DNA from: a virus
Lineage: Duplodnaviria; Caudoviricetes
IMG/VR virus record: IMGVR_UViG_3300037697_000016
Span: 1-30,812 of that record
Length of the DNA stretch: 30,812 nt
Reading direction: 5' to 3' (one strand)
Shown: in pieces, positions 7,846-15,382 of the stretch
Numbering within the stretch: the stretch's first letter is position 1
Layout of the letters: every line of letters begins with the position of its first letter
Position numbers and translations under genes: made by a program
The notes under the pieces: model-generated
The model's database searches: none
Told to the model about the DNA's origin: nothing
What the model saw: the letters and a program-made list of their open reading frames with translations, nothing else

Positions 7846-7937
7846 TGCGCGCCGTGACCGACCTGTTCATGGGCGTTGTGATGGTGGCGTTCGTCGCCAT
7901 CGGATCGGTGTGCGGGATGGACGTGGCAAACGAGTAA
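7845..7937 (+). CDS. Hydrophobic micropeptide (30 aa, MRAVTDLFMGVVMVAFVAIGSVCGMDVANE)
   Basis: Translationally coupled to the previous ORF; TM-like core; double stop TAATAG. Confidence 0.45.
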   Translation: MRAVTDLFMGVVMVAFVAIGSVCGMDVANE

Positions 7938-7956
7938 TAGGCGGAACCCCAAACAT

Positions 7957-8472
7957 CGCCGCTCCCTCCGCGGCGCCGGTCAGGGGTAAGTGACCGGGAT
8001 TTACCCGATGACTCGGCATCGGAAATGGATGGGGCCGAGGGACACGCGACACCAGCCCGCAAGGGTAATGCCGGACAGGCCGGCAGCGGATGGTAGATCC
8101 GGAATCTCTAAGCCGCGTTGGCGCGGGGCGAAGGGGGCAGCTGAGGAATCAGCCGGTGTGGGCTTCGCAAGAGGCTCTATCCGGGTGGTGACACCAAGGT
8201 CGGCCGGTCACCTCAAGGCCGGTTGCGCTGGCAGACCGCCAAAAACGTCTGCATCCGCTGGCCGGGGGCTGATCTCGGGGTAGAGCCTACCTAGCGCTGA
8301 CGGTCCGGAGAGACGGACGACGAATCTTCGGAGCTGCGCCGCCCCACGAGGGCGGGAAGATGAGGCGAGCCTGCAGCGGGCAACCCCTCCTGAATGCCGG
8401 ATCAGCCTTTGCGTGCTGTCGTAAGCACAAAAGCCGGCCTCGAAAATCGCGTGACAGCCCGGAAAGACGGGC
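7957..8472 (+). ncRNA. Putative structured RNA region in the PL leader
   Basis: At least 10 short GC-rich hairpins, three with GNRA tetraloops, and a twice-repeated hairpin with a compensatory base change. No convincing ORF. Confidence 0.5.
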
Positions 8473-8493
8473 AACTGACAACAGGGGGATGAC

Positions 8494-8883
8494 ATGCAAT
8501 CCATCAACACCGCACAGATGCCGGGGCATGGAGATCTTGTTCTCCGAAATCCGCTCGACGCCGACGAATTCGTGTCCGACCGGGACGACACGATCCAGAT
8601 CCTTGCCGAGCACTATTGGGATACGGAGATCGGCGAGGTCGTGAGCGGGCGCGACATCTCGGAAGCGCTCGGCGGGGTCCTCGACGGAATGGATCCGGAC
8701 GAACTGCAGGCGCTCAGCACGGCGAACGAAGACGGTGCGCACGCACTCGGCGAATTCCTTCATCCGAAAATCGCAGGGTACTGGAAGGCGTGGTGTGAGG
8801 AGGAGGCCCGCAAGGCTCTCGACAAGCTCGACCGCGAGGACGAGGAAGACGCAGCGCGTGATCGGATGGAGGATCAGCGATGA
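8494..8883 (+). CDS. Highly acidic hypothetical early protein (129 aa)
   Basis: AGGGGG RBS; by my count about 33 D/E versus 12 K/R. Confidence 0.75.
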   Translation: MQSINTAQMPGHGDLVLRNPLDADEFVSDRDDTIQILAEHYWDTEIGEVVSGRDISEALGGVLDGMDPDELQALSTANEDGAHALGEFLHPKIAGYWKAWCEEEARKALDKLDREDEEDAARDRMEDQR

Positions 8884-9194
8884 ACGGCTCGACACGACCC
8901 GCCATGAGCGCGGTCTATCTGCAGGTCGACACGTCCGACGCGGATACCGCGGATCGGATCAGCGCATGCATCAAGGCGTGCGCCGGGATCAGCGATGAGG
9001 ATCTGGCTCGTGGTGTGATGACCGAGCGGCAGCACTCAAAACTTGTGGGAAGCCACTTCGGACTGCTCTGCGCCGCCAGAGCTGCGGAGGCCATTTTCGC
9101 CCGGCAGAAGTGGCGCGAGGACTCGAACGACCCTGAGGCGGTCGCGCTGCGGATTCTGCGCCGGGCAATCGCAAGCGCGGAGTGGCGGTCATGA
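8880..9194 (+). CDS. Hypothetical early protein (104 aa)
   Basis: ATGA overlaps at both ends. Confidence 0.7.
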   Translation: MNGSTRPAMSAVYLQVDTSDADTADRISACIKACAGISDEDLARGVMTERQHSKLVGSHFGLLCAARAAEAIFARQKWREDSNDPEAVALRILRRAIASAEWRS

Positions 9195-9394
9195 GCATCA
9201 TCGAGATAATCAAGCGGAATCTCCGCAAGCTCCGGATTGATCTCGCAGAACAGGATCTGGAGTGGAGCCGCCAAAGTGCGGATTCGTACCTCGCCACACG
9301 AGCGCGCGAATTGAACGAGATGCGCCGGGCACACGACAGGCGCACGTCGGACGAGATCCGGCGTGATGTCGAGCGGGCTGCGAAGGCGATGTGA
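9191..9394 (+). CDS. Hypothetical early protein (67 aa, MSIIEIIKRNLRK...)
   Basis: ATGA overlap at 9191; helical composition. Confidence 0.65.
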   Translation: MSIIEIIKRNLRKLRIDLAEQDLEWSRQSADSYLATRARELNEMRRAHDRRTSDEIRRDVERAAKAM

Positions 9395-9481
9395 TGGACG
9401 ACGAAGGCCCGGACTACGGACAGCAGCAACAGAGCGAAGAGCACGAATTTAACGAGCAAACGAACGCAGGAGCAACGAATC

Positions 9482-10159
9482 ATGAGCACGGCAATTCTGA
9501 TCCTAGGCGAGTCCGGCAGCGGCAAGAGCGCGAGCATGCGCAATCTCGATCCTGCGCACACGCTACTGATTCAGGCGGTCAAGAAGCCGCTCCCTTTTAA
9601 GTCGCCGAATTGGAAGTATCTGCCGGCGGATCGGGCTGGAAACGTGTATGTGACCGACCAGTCTGCTCGCATCATCAACGCGATGAAGAAGACGCAGAAA
9701 AGCGTGATCGTGATCGACGACTTCCAGTACGTGCTCTCTAACGAATTCATGCGCCGCGTTACCGATGTCGAAGTCGGCAATGCCGCGTTCGCCAAGTACA
9801 ACGAGATCGCACGCCACGCATGGGACGTACTGATGGCTGCCAGCTCCCTGCCCGACCACAAGCGCGTGTACATCATGAGCCACACCAGTACAGACGACTT
9901 CGGGCGAACCAAGATCAAGACGATTGGCAAGCTTCTCGATGAAAAGATCGTCATCGAGGGGATGGTAACGATCGTCCTCAAGACCGTTGTGATGAACGGC
10001 TCCTACCTGTTCAGCACCAGAAACAGCGGCAGCGATACCGTCAAAACCCCGATCGGTCTGTTCGATGACGAGATGATCGACAACGACCTCGCATTGATCG
10101 ACGCGGAGATTTACGAGTACTACGGCCTCACCGAATCCATCCCACAGGCGGCAGCCTGA
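9482..10159 (+). CDS. Sak4-like (AAA_24, RecA/Rad51-fold) single-strand annealing ATPase
   Basis: Walker A ILGESGSGKS, Walker B IVIDDFQY, KTIGKLLDEK and KTPIGLF; followed by an SSB-like gene; AGGAG RBS. Confidence 0.85.
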   Translation: MSTAILILGESGSGKSASMRNLDPAHTLLIQAVKKPLPFKSPNWKYLPADRAGNVYVTDQSARIINAMKKTQKSVIVIDDFQYVLSNEFMRRVTDVEVGNAAFAKYNEIARHAWDVLMAASSLPDHKRVYIMSHTSTDDFGRTKIKTIGKLLDEKIVIEGMVTIVLKTVVMNGSYLFSTRNSGSDTVKTPIGLFDDEMIDNDLALIDAEIYEYYGLTESIPQAAA

Positions 10160-10181
10160 ACAACTGAGCAAGGAGCATCAA

Positions 10182-10832
10182 ATGCTGACTTTTAATCCAC
10201 AAATCGCCGCAACCGCTGACCAGATGAATGCAGCCATCCGAGAGGCCGGAAAGTACATCGGCACCATCACGCGCGCCGAAAAGCTGCTGTCGCCGAACAA
10301 GTCTCAAGGGCTTGGACTGTCGTTCAAGGCGAACGACGGCGCGACCGCCGATTACCTGGACCTCTACACCGTCAATGCGGCCGGCGACGTGCTGCCGAGC
10401 ATGAAGTCGGTGCAAGCCATCCTCGGCTGCCTGAAGCTGCGCGAGGCCAAGGAAGGCAAGATCGAGTGCGAGAAGTACGACAAAGAATCCAAGCAGCGCA
10501 AGAAGATGGTTGTGGACGGATACCCGGAGATGATGGGTAAGCGCATCGGCCTGCTGTTGCAGAAGGAGCTTTCGACCAACAACAAGACTGGCGAAGACGT
10601 CGATCGCGTGATCGTGTTCGGCGTGTTCCAGCACGACACCGAACTGACGGTGAGCGAGATCGTGTCGCGCAAGACGACGCCCGAGACGCTGCCGAGGATG
10701 CTTGAAGCCCTGATGGCTCGACCCGTGCGTGACTCGCGCAAGAAGCGGCCGGCCACGCAGTCGAGCCAGCCGCATTCCGAGAACCCTGGCGCGGGATTCG
10801 GCGACTTCTCCGACGACGATTTCCAGTTCTGA
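10182..10832 (+). CDS. Phage single-stranded DNA-binding protein (Sak4 partner)
   Basis: Follows the Sak4-like gene; acidic-aromatic C-terminal tip FGDFSDDDFQF typical of SSBs; AAGGAG RBS. Confidence 0.7.
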   Translation: MLTFNPQIAATADQMNAAIREAGKYIGTITRAEKLLSPNKSQGLGLSFKANDGATADYLDLYTVNAAGDVLPSMKSVQAILGCLKLREAKEGKIECEKYDKESKQRKKMVVDGYPEMMGKRIGLLLQKELSTNNKTGEDVDRVIVFGVFQHDTELTVSEIVSRKTTPETLPRMLEALMARPVRDSRKKRPATQSSQPHSENPGAGFGDFSDDDFQF

Positions 10833-10843
10833 CAGGAATAGCC

Positions 10844-11593
10844 ATGGACATTTTCATCGACATCGAAACGATTCCGGATCAGCGCCCCGGCGCGCTTGAT
10901 TCGTTCGTCGCCGACGTGCAAGAGAACTTTCGCGCGCCGTCAGGACTGACGAAGGAGCAAGCCGCCAAGGATCTCGGGCTCACGGATGCAAGCGAGATCA
11001 AATTCACGTCGAAAGACGCGATGATCGCGCGATGGGAGGAACGATTCCGCGCCGAAAAGGCGGGCGAGGTTGCCGAACAGGCATGGCGCAAGACTTCGTT
11101 CGACGGCGGATCAGGCCAAGTCGTCTGCATCGGGTTCGCGCTTGATGATAGCCCGGCAACGGCGTATTTCGGCATGGACGAAACCAAGCTGCTGCAGGAA
11201 TTCTGCTGCTGGCTGACGGATATTCGCAGCATTCAGGATCGTCCGGTATTCATCGGGCACAACCACGCCGCCTTCGATCTTCGGTTCCTTTTCCATCGCG
11301 CGGTCATCAACGGTGTAAAGCCGCCGATCTGGCTACCGAATAACGCGCGGCCGTGGGACGACTGCATCTACGACACGATGGTCCAGTGGGCCGGGCACGG
11401 AAACCGGATCAGCATGGACAACCTATGCAAAGCACTCGGGATTCCGGGCAAGCCGGACGGGATCGACGGCTCGAAGGTGTGGGACTACGTGCGCGACGGC
11501 CAGATCGATGAAGTGGTCGAGTACTGCAAAGGCGACGTGGATCGCACGCGCCAGATATTCCGCCGCATGACTTTTCAGGACGCACAGCCATGA
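10844..11593 (+). CDS. DEDDy 3'-5' exonuclease (DnaQ/PolB-exo-like)
   Basis: ExoI FIDIET, ExoII HNHAAFDLRFL, ExoIII YCKGDV. Confidence 0.85.
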   Translation: MDIFIDIETIPDQRPGALDSFVADVQENFRAPSGLTKEQAAKDLGLTDASEIKFTSKDAMIARWEERFRAEKAGEVAEQAWRKTSFDGGSGQVVCIGFALDDSPATAYFGMDETKLLQEFCCWLTDIRSIQDRPVFIGHNHAAFDLRFLFHRAVINGVKPPIWLPNNARPWDDCIYDTMVQWAGHGNRISMDNLCKALGIPGKPDGIDGSKVWDYVRDGQIDEVVEYCKGDVDRTRQIFRRMTFQDAQP

Positions 11594-11847
11594 CCACAAC
11601 CGCCCTCACCCTGCCCGAACGCGCCGACGAGGATGCACGAATCGCCGCCGACTGGGCCGAGCATGAAGCGGAAGCCGCCAGGATGCGCGCTATGCAGTAC
11701 GCGGAATTCCAGCGGATTGCCGAGGCTCGAGCCAAGACCAATTCGCTGCGTGGCGAGCTCGACGCCATCCTCGATGCGATGGGCGACGACGATTTGAGCC
11801 AAGTGCTCATTTTCGCGCGCGGACTGGCGGAACGGGAAGCCGCATGA
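11590..11847 (+). CDS. Hypothetical early protein (85 aa)
   Basis: ATGA overlaps at both ends; ends in REAA. Confidence 0.7.
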   Translation: MTTTALTLPERADEDARIAADWAEHEAEAARMRAMQYAEFQRIAEARAKTNSLRGELDAILDAMGDDDLSQVLIFARGLAEREAA

Positions 11848-12164
11848 AAGCCGCAGACACCCCTACCCCGTGGGCGCTGCTCTTCGGCCTCGTCACGCCG
11901 CCGAGCCAGAACGGCAAGCCCAAGCCCGTGCCGCACGCCCTGTACGGATCTCCGACGCTCACGACCACGCCAAAATCGCGCACGGTCCGCCGAATGGCGC
12001 GCATGGATGCCGAGGTCGCGTACCTGCGAGAGCACGGCCCTTTTACGGTCGTCGAGCTGGCCGAGTTGTTCGGGATCTCGACGGACGCAATGTCGATCGA
12101 CATCAAGGCGCTCGAGGACCGCGGCAAGGTACGCCTACGGCCGCATCAATGGGAAGCGGTATGA
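11844..12164 (+). CDS. Winged-HTH protein (106 aa), paralog of 12161-12514
   Basis: C-terminal YLREHGPFTVVELAELFGISTDAMSIDIKALEDRGKV; N-terminal PTPWALLFG. Confidence 0.7.
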   Translation: MKAADTPTPWALLFGLVTPPSQNGKPKPVPHALYGSPTLTTTPKSRTVRRMARMDAEVAYLREHGPFTVVELAELFGISTDAMSIDIKALEDRGKVRLRPHQWEAV

Positions 12165-12514
12165 CCGCGCAAGCCAGCCATCACGATCTGCCCAACATCC
12201 CCGAGCCGTGGTCGAGCCTGTTCGGATTTGCCAGACGTGAGCATGCGTATGAGCTGCGTTCGGACTCGATCGGATTCAAACTCTCGGATGCGCGGCTGTC
12301 AGATATTGAAAAGCGACGCGTAGCGCAATCGGCCAGACGGGAAGCCGCAATCCGGTATGTAACGGGAAACGGGGGCCGGACCGCTGCGCAGATCGCCGAG
12401 CATCTAGGCTATGTGCTCGACCGGACCTACCGAGATCTCGCGTCGCTGCGGAGCCGGGGAATCCTGATCTCCGTGACGGTGGGTGGACAAAGGGTGTGGA
12501 GGATCAACAAATGA
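12161..12514 (+). CDS. Winged-HTH protein (117 aa), paralog of 11844-12164
   Basis: Start ATG 12161 (ATGA overlap); PEPWSSLFG and YVTGNGGRTAAQIAEHLGYVLDRTYRDLASLRSRGIL. Confidence 0.7.
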   Translation: MTAQASHHDLPNIPEPWSSLFGFARREHAYELRSDSIGFKLSDARLSDIEKRRVAQSARREAAIRYVTGNGGRTAAQIAEHLGYVLDRTYRDLASLRSRGILISVTVGGQRVWRINK

Positions 12515-12870
12515 TGTGCGATTACAAGAACCCGCCCGGCGATCTCGGCCTACTCGCCTGCGCGAATCGGGCAATGTCCGCGCAACTCACCAGCATCCGG
12601 CATGCGATGGACGGAGCGATGCGGGCTGCCGGAGATCTTCCGGAACGGGTGCGGCTGTTGGCCGATGAAAATGCGCGGCTCCGGTCCGAGAACAATGCGC
12701 TGGTCGCATCGTTCGATGCATGGCGGACCGACTTTAAGATCCTGATCGACGAGCTGGTTTCGGTCAAGGACCGACTGGCGCAGGAGCGCGAGCGGTGCGC
12801 GAAGGCGCGTGAGTCGGAAGCTGAAAAATGGGAATTTGATGGAGATTCGGCCGTAGTTCAGCGGCTGTGA
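12511..12870 (+). CDS. Hypothetical coiled-coil protein
   Basis: GGAGG RBS and ATGA overlap at 12511; heptad-like LADENARLRSENNAL. Confidence 0.65.
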   Translation: MMCDYKNPPGDLGLLACANRAMSAQLTSIRHAMDGAMRAAGDLPERVRLLADENARLRSENNALVASFDAWRTDFKILIDELVSVKDRLAQERERCAKARESEAEKWEFDGDSAVVQRL

Positions 12871-13076
12871 GCCATAGCAATCCGCGCGCTCGGAGACGGG
12901 CAATGACCAAGCAGGAAGCGGCCAAGATGCGCCGACTCGAGGCCGAGACCGTGCGGCTACGCGAAGTGCTCGACAAGCACGCAGCCATTTACCGCGATCA
13001 GCTTTACGAGATCGTCGATCTCCGCACGCAGCTCGATCTCGTGCGGGACGCGGTTGGAATGGACGCGACGACATGA
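12867..13076 (+). CDS. Hypothetical protein (69 aa)
   Basis: GTGA and ATGA overlaps with its neighbours. Confidence 0.6.
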   Translation: MSHSNPRARRRAMTKQEAAKMRRLEAETVRLREVLDKHAAIYRDQLYEIVDLRTQLDLVRDAVGMDATT

Positions 13077-13363
13077 ACACCGAAATCGACACCGGCGACA
13101 CCGTATTTCACGAGCCCACCGGAGAGCTATGGGCCGTCGCCTGCGTCATCGGCGACCGGCTGAGTTGGTGCGGATGGCCTGAAGGCACGGCAACCCTCGC
13201 AGAATGTCATCTGGTCAAAAAGGCGACGGCAGAGAGGCGTGACGTAGTGCTCGGAGATCTCGCAGCTGTCCAGGGCGGTGATCATCGCGCCAGGTACGCG
13301 CGGGAGCGGCTGCGCAAGGCCGCGGAATCGAACCGGGCAGAGCAGCAAGGGCAAACGACATGA
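13073..13363 (+). CDS. Hypothetical protein (96 aa) flanked by an 18-bp direct repeat
   Basis: ATGA overlaps; ACGACATGAACACCGAAA occurs at both 13068 and 13355. Confidence 0.7.
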   Translation: MNTEIDTGDTVFHEPTGELWAVACVIGDRLSWCGWPEGTATLAECHLVKKATAERRDVVLGDLAAVQGGDHRARYARERLRKAAESNRAEQQGQTT

Positions 13364-13671
13364 ACACCGAAACCAGGACCGAACCCATGAACGAACTCGC
13401 AGAAAAACTAGACAGGCTCATCGACGTCCTGTCCCGCCCGACGATCCCCGCCGACAAGGCGCTGTGGGACGCCGAAGCGGTCGGCGCCTACCTCGGCGTC
13501 GGCGCCCGTCAGGTGTCCGAACGCTACGCGCTGCTCGTAGGGTTCCCTGATACGATACGGCTACCGAGCCACAGCGGCCGCGGCCAGCTCCGGTGGAAGG
13601 CCATCGAGATCATGGCATGGGCGGACCGGCAGCGTCCCAAAAGTGTCCCGCGTACCCGTAAAGCCCATTGA
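13360..13671 (+). CDS. xis: Excisionase / AlpA-like HTH recombination directionality factor
   Basis: LWDAEAVGAYLGVGARQVSERY...GFPDTIRLP...LRWKAIEIMAW; last gene before attP. Confidence 0.75.
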   Translation: MNTETRTEPMNELAEKLDRLIDVLSRPTIPADKALWDAEAVGAYLGVGARQVSERYALLVGFPDTIRLPSHSGRGQLRWKAIEIMAWADRQRPKSVPRTRKAH

Positions 13672-13849
13672 ACGTGCGGATGTTCGAGTCCCGTTCCCGG
13701 CACAACGGCACCTTGCACCATGCCGCACTATCGATCTCAAAGCCACGCAAACACAGGGATTTAGCCTATTTTTGCTGCGCACAAAATACGCTCGATTCCA
13801 CTTGTTTTCGCGTCTGCGTGTCCCAGCCGTGACACGGCTACTGTCCCAA
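13634..13849 (+). other. Putative attP: core copying a tRNA 3' end (13682-13703), flanked by arm-type repeats
   Basis: GTTCGAGTCCCGTTCCCGGCAC reads as T-loop + T-stem 3' strand + acceptor 3' strand + discriminator A (Leu-like). (T)GTCCC(A) direct repeats at 13634, 13644, 13819 and 13842. Confidence 0.7.
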
Positions 13850-13895
13850 GCGCTACACTTCATCACCGACCTGATGGGGTGCCTGGAGAGGAAAG

Positions 13896-14291
13896 ATGAC
13901 TGAATATCTGATTGCCCACATTGGTCACACGATAAAGCATCATGAGCACATCACATGGTGGAACCCTGACAGCAGGGGATACACGATATGCATCGACAAG
14001 GCAGGGCTCTACAGCGAAGATAAGGCGCGCAGCATCTGCCAGAACGGCTCGTGCATCGCTGTTGCAAAGCCGGTTGCCGAGCATATGGCGCGCTCCACCC
14101 CCTACTACCGCAAGCCGAACGGGACGCTAGGGAAACTGTACGACGGCGGACCACATCGCGTGGTGCCGAACGATCTCTGCGCATGGAAGCACTTGCTAGC
14201 TGGACGCTTGAGCGATTGCGCGCATCCGATCAAACCCACCCCCATCGGCGCCAGGGATCGCGCAATCTACATCGATTCGATTGCCGCGTAA
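13896..14291 (+). CDS. Hypothetical phage protein (131 aa) between attP and integrase
   Basis: GGAGAGG RBS; WWNPDSRGYT...AGLYSEDKA pattern; His/Cys-rich. Confidence 0.75.
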   Translation: MTEYLIAHIGHTIKHHEHITWWNPDSRGYTICIDKAGLYSEDKARSICQNGSCIAVAKPVAEHMARSTPYYRKPNGTLGKLYDGGPHRVVPNDLCAWKHLLAGRLSDCAHPIKPTPIGARDRAIYIDSIAA

Positions 14292-14303
14292 GCTGGGTGA
14301 AAG

Positions 14304-15275
14304 ATGGCGGTCATCGAGAAGCGCGGCAACGCATGGCGGGCACGCGTCCGCAAGGCCGGCATTGACCGGTCCGAGTCGTTCCAGACGAAGCGCGCGGCGC
14401 AAGCCTGGGCGGCGCAGTTCGAGTCCAGTATCAACGCCGAGCGTCGCGGCGAGATTCCGAACATCCCGTTCGGCGATCTGCTCGACCGCTACGCCAGCGA
14501 GATCACGCCAACAAAAAAGGGGGCCCGCTCGGAGGCGATGCGGATCAACCGCATCAAGCGCTCGGACATCGCCAGGGTGTTGCTGCCGGACTTCGACGAG
14601 CGCGCGGTATCGGCATGGCGGGACAAGCGCCTGCAGGAAGTCAGTTCGGCATCCGTGGCGCGCGAATGGGTCACACTGTCCCATGCCTGCAATGTCGCGA
14701 TCCGGGAATGGCACTGGCTGCGGGATAACCCCTTTACCAGGGCCAAGCGCCCGGACGGCGGCAAGGCCCGCAAGAGGCGCCCCGAGGGCGACGAGATGGA
14801 GGCCATGTTGCACGTCCTCGGGTATCACGACGGGCCGCTCACGACCGTCAATTCCCGCGTCGCGGCCGCTGCCCTGTTTGCGGTCGAGACGGCGATGCGC
14901 GCGAGCGAGATTTGCGGCCTTACTCCGCAGACGATCGACCTGGACCGGCGGGTGGCTCGCATCCTCGAATCGAAGAACGGGCATGCACGCGACGTGCCCC
15001 TGTCGCGCGAGGCGATCCGCATCATCCATCAACTACCGGCCGGATGTTTCGACGTGTCGGCCGCGTCGACGTCCGCGCTGTGGGCCAAGGCGCGCACCAA
15101 GGCGGCAGTCGAGGGCCTGCGATTTCACGATCTTCGGCGCGAGGCCCTGACCCGGCTGTCGAAAAAGCTGCCGGTGCTCGAGCTGGCGAAGATGAGCGGG
15201 CACCGGGATCTGTCGATCTTGTTGAATACTTATTTCAGCCCGGACATGGGCGACCTTGCGGACAAGCTCGATTGA
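14304..15275 (+). CDS. int: Tyrosine recombinase (phage integrase)
   Basis: N-terminal arm-binding WRARVRK; catalytic R (TAMRASE), K (SKNG), HxxR (HDLRR), H (SGH) and Y (NTYF). Confidence 0.95.
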   Translation: MAVIEKRGNAWRARVRKAGIDRSESFQTKRAAQAWAAQFESSINAERRGEIPNIPFGDLLDRYASEITPTKKGARSEAMRINRIKRSDIARVLLPDFDERAVSAWRDKRLQEVSSASVAREWVTLSHACNVAIREWHWLRDNPFTRAKRPDGGKARKRRPEGDEMEAMLHVLGYHDGPLTTVNSRVAAAALFAVETAMRASEICGLTPQTIDLDRRVARILESKNGHARDVPLSREAIRIIHQLPAGCFDVSAASTSALWAKARTKAAVEGLRFHDLRREALTRLSKKLPVLELAKMSGHRDLSILLNTYFSPDMGDLADKLD

Positions 15276-15298
15276 TGTTTCCGCACTACAAATAATCC

Positions 15299-15326
15299 TT
15301 GCATAGCACGGCATCCGTGCTATTAT
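15299..15326 (+). promoter_or_regulatory. Sigma70 promoter with a palindromic operator (cassette 1)
   Basis: TTGCAT-16 bp-TATTAT with an extended -10 TG. Perfect 9-bp inverted repeat ATAGCACGG-cat-CCGTGCTAT at 15303-15323. Confidence 0.8.
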
Positions 15327-15382
15327 AGAACTGTCAGCACACAGCAGACACCGCGCCTCGGGATCAGGGGCTGGAGCAGAAA

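Noticed and set aside
7990-8283. 97-aa plus-strand ORF in the PL leader
   Set aside because: No clear RBS or coupling to neighbours, and Arg/Gly/Ala/Pro-rich composition; the hairpin pattern explains the region better.
7940-8490. Possible CRISPR mini-array, solitary CRISPR repeat or tRNA in the non-coding leader
   Set aside because: There are no regularly spaced identical repeats, no repeat I recognise as a CRISPR type and no cloverleaf with a TTCRA T-loop. The 21-nt motif occurs only twice.
9391-9600. 69-aa plus-strand ORF starting at a TGATG overlap
   Set aside because: More than half overlaps the Sak4-like gene in another frame, and the sequence is low-complexity. Possible but not supportable.
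13671-13710. Possible tRNA gene
   Set aside because: Only the T-loop and acceptor 3' strand are present, with no D or anticodon arm; interpreted as the att core.
15275-15300. attP immediately downstream of the integrase
   Set aside because: No tRNA-like core or arm repeats are visible; the space is taken by the cassette 1 promoter, and the 13634-13849 site is better supported.
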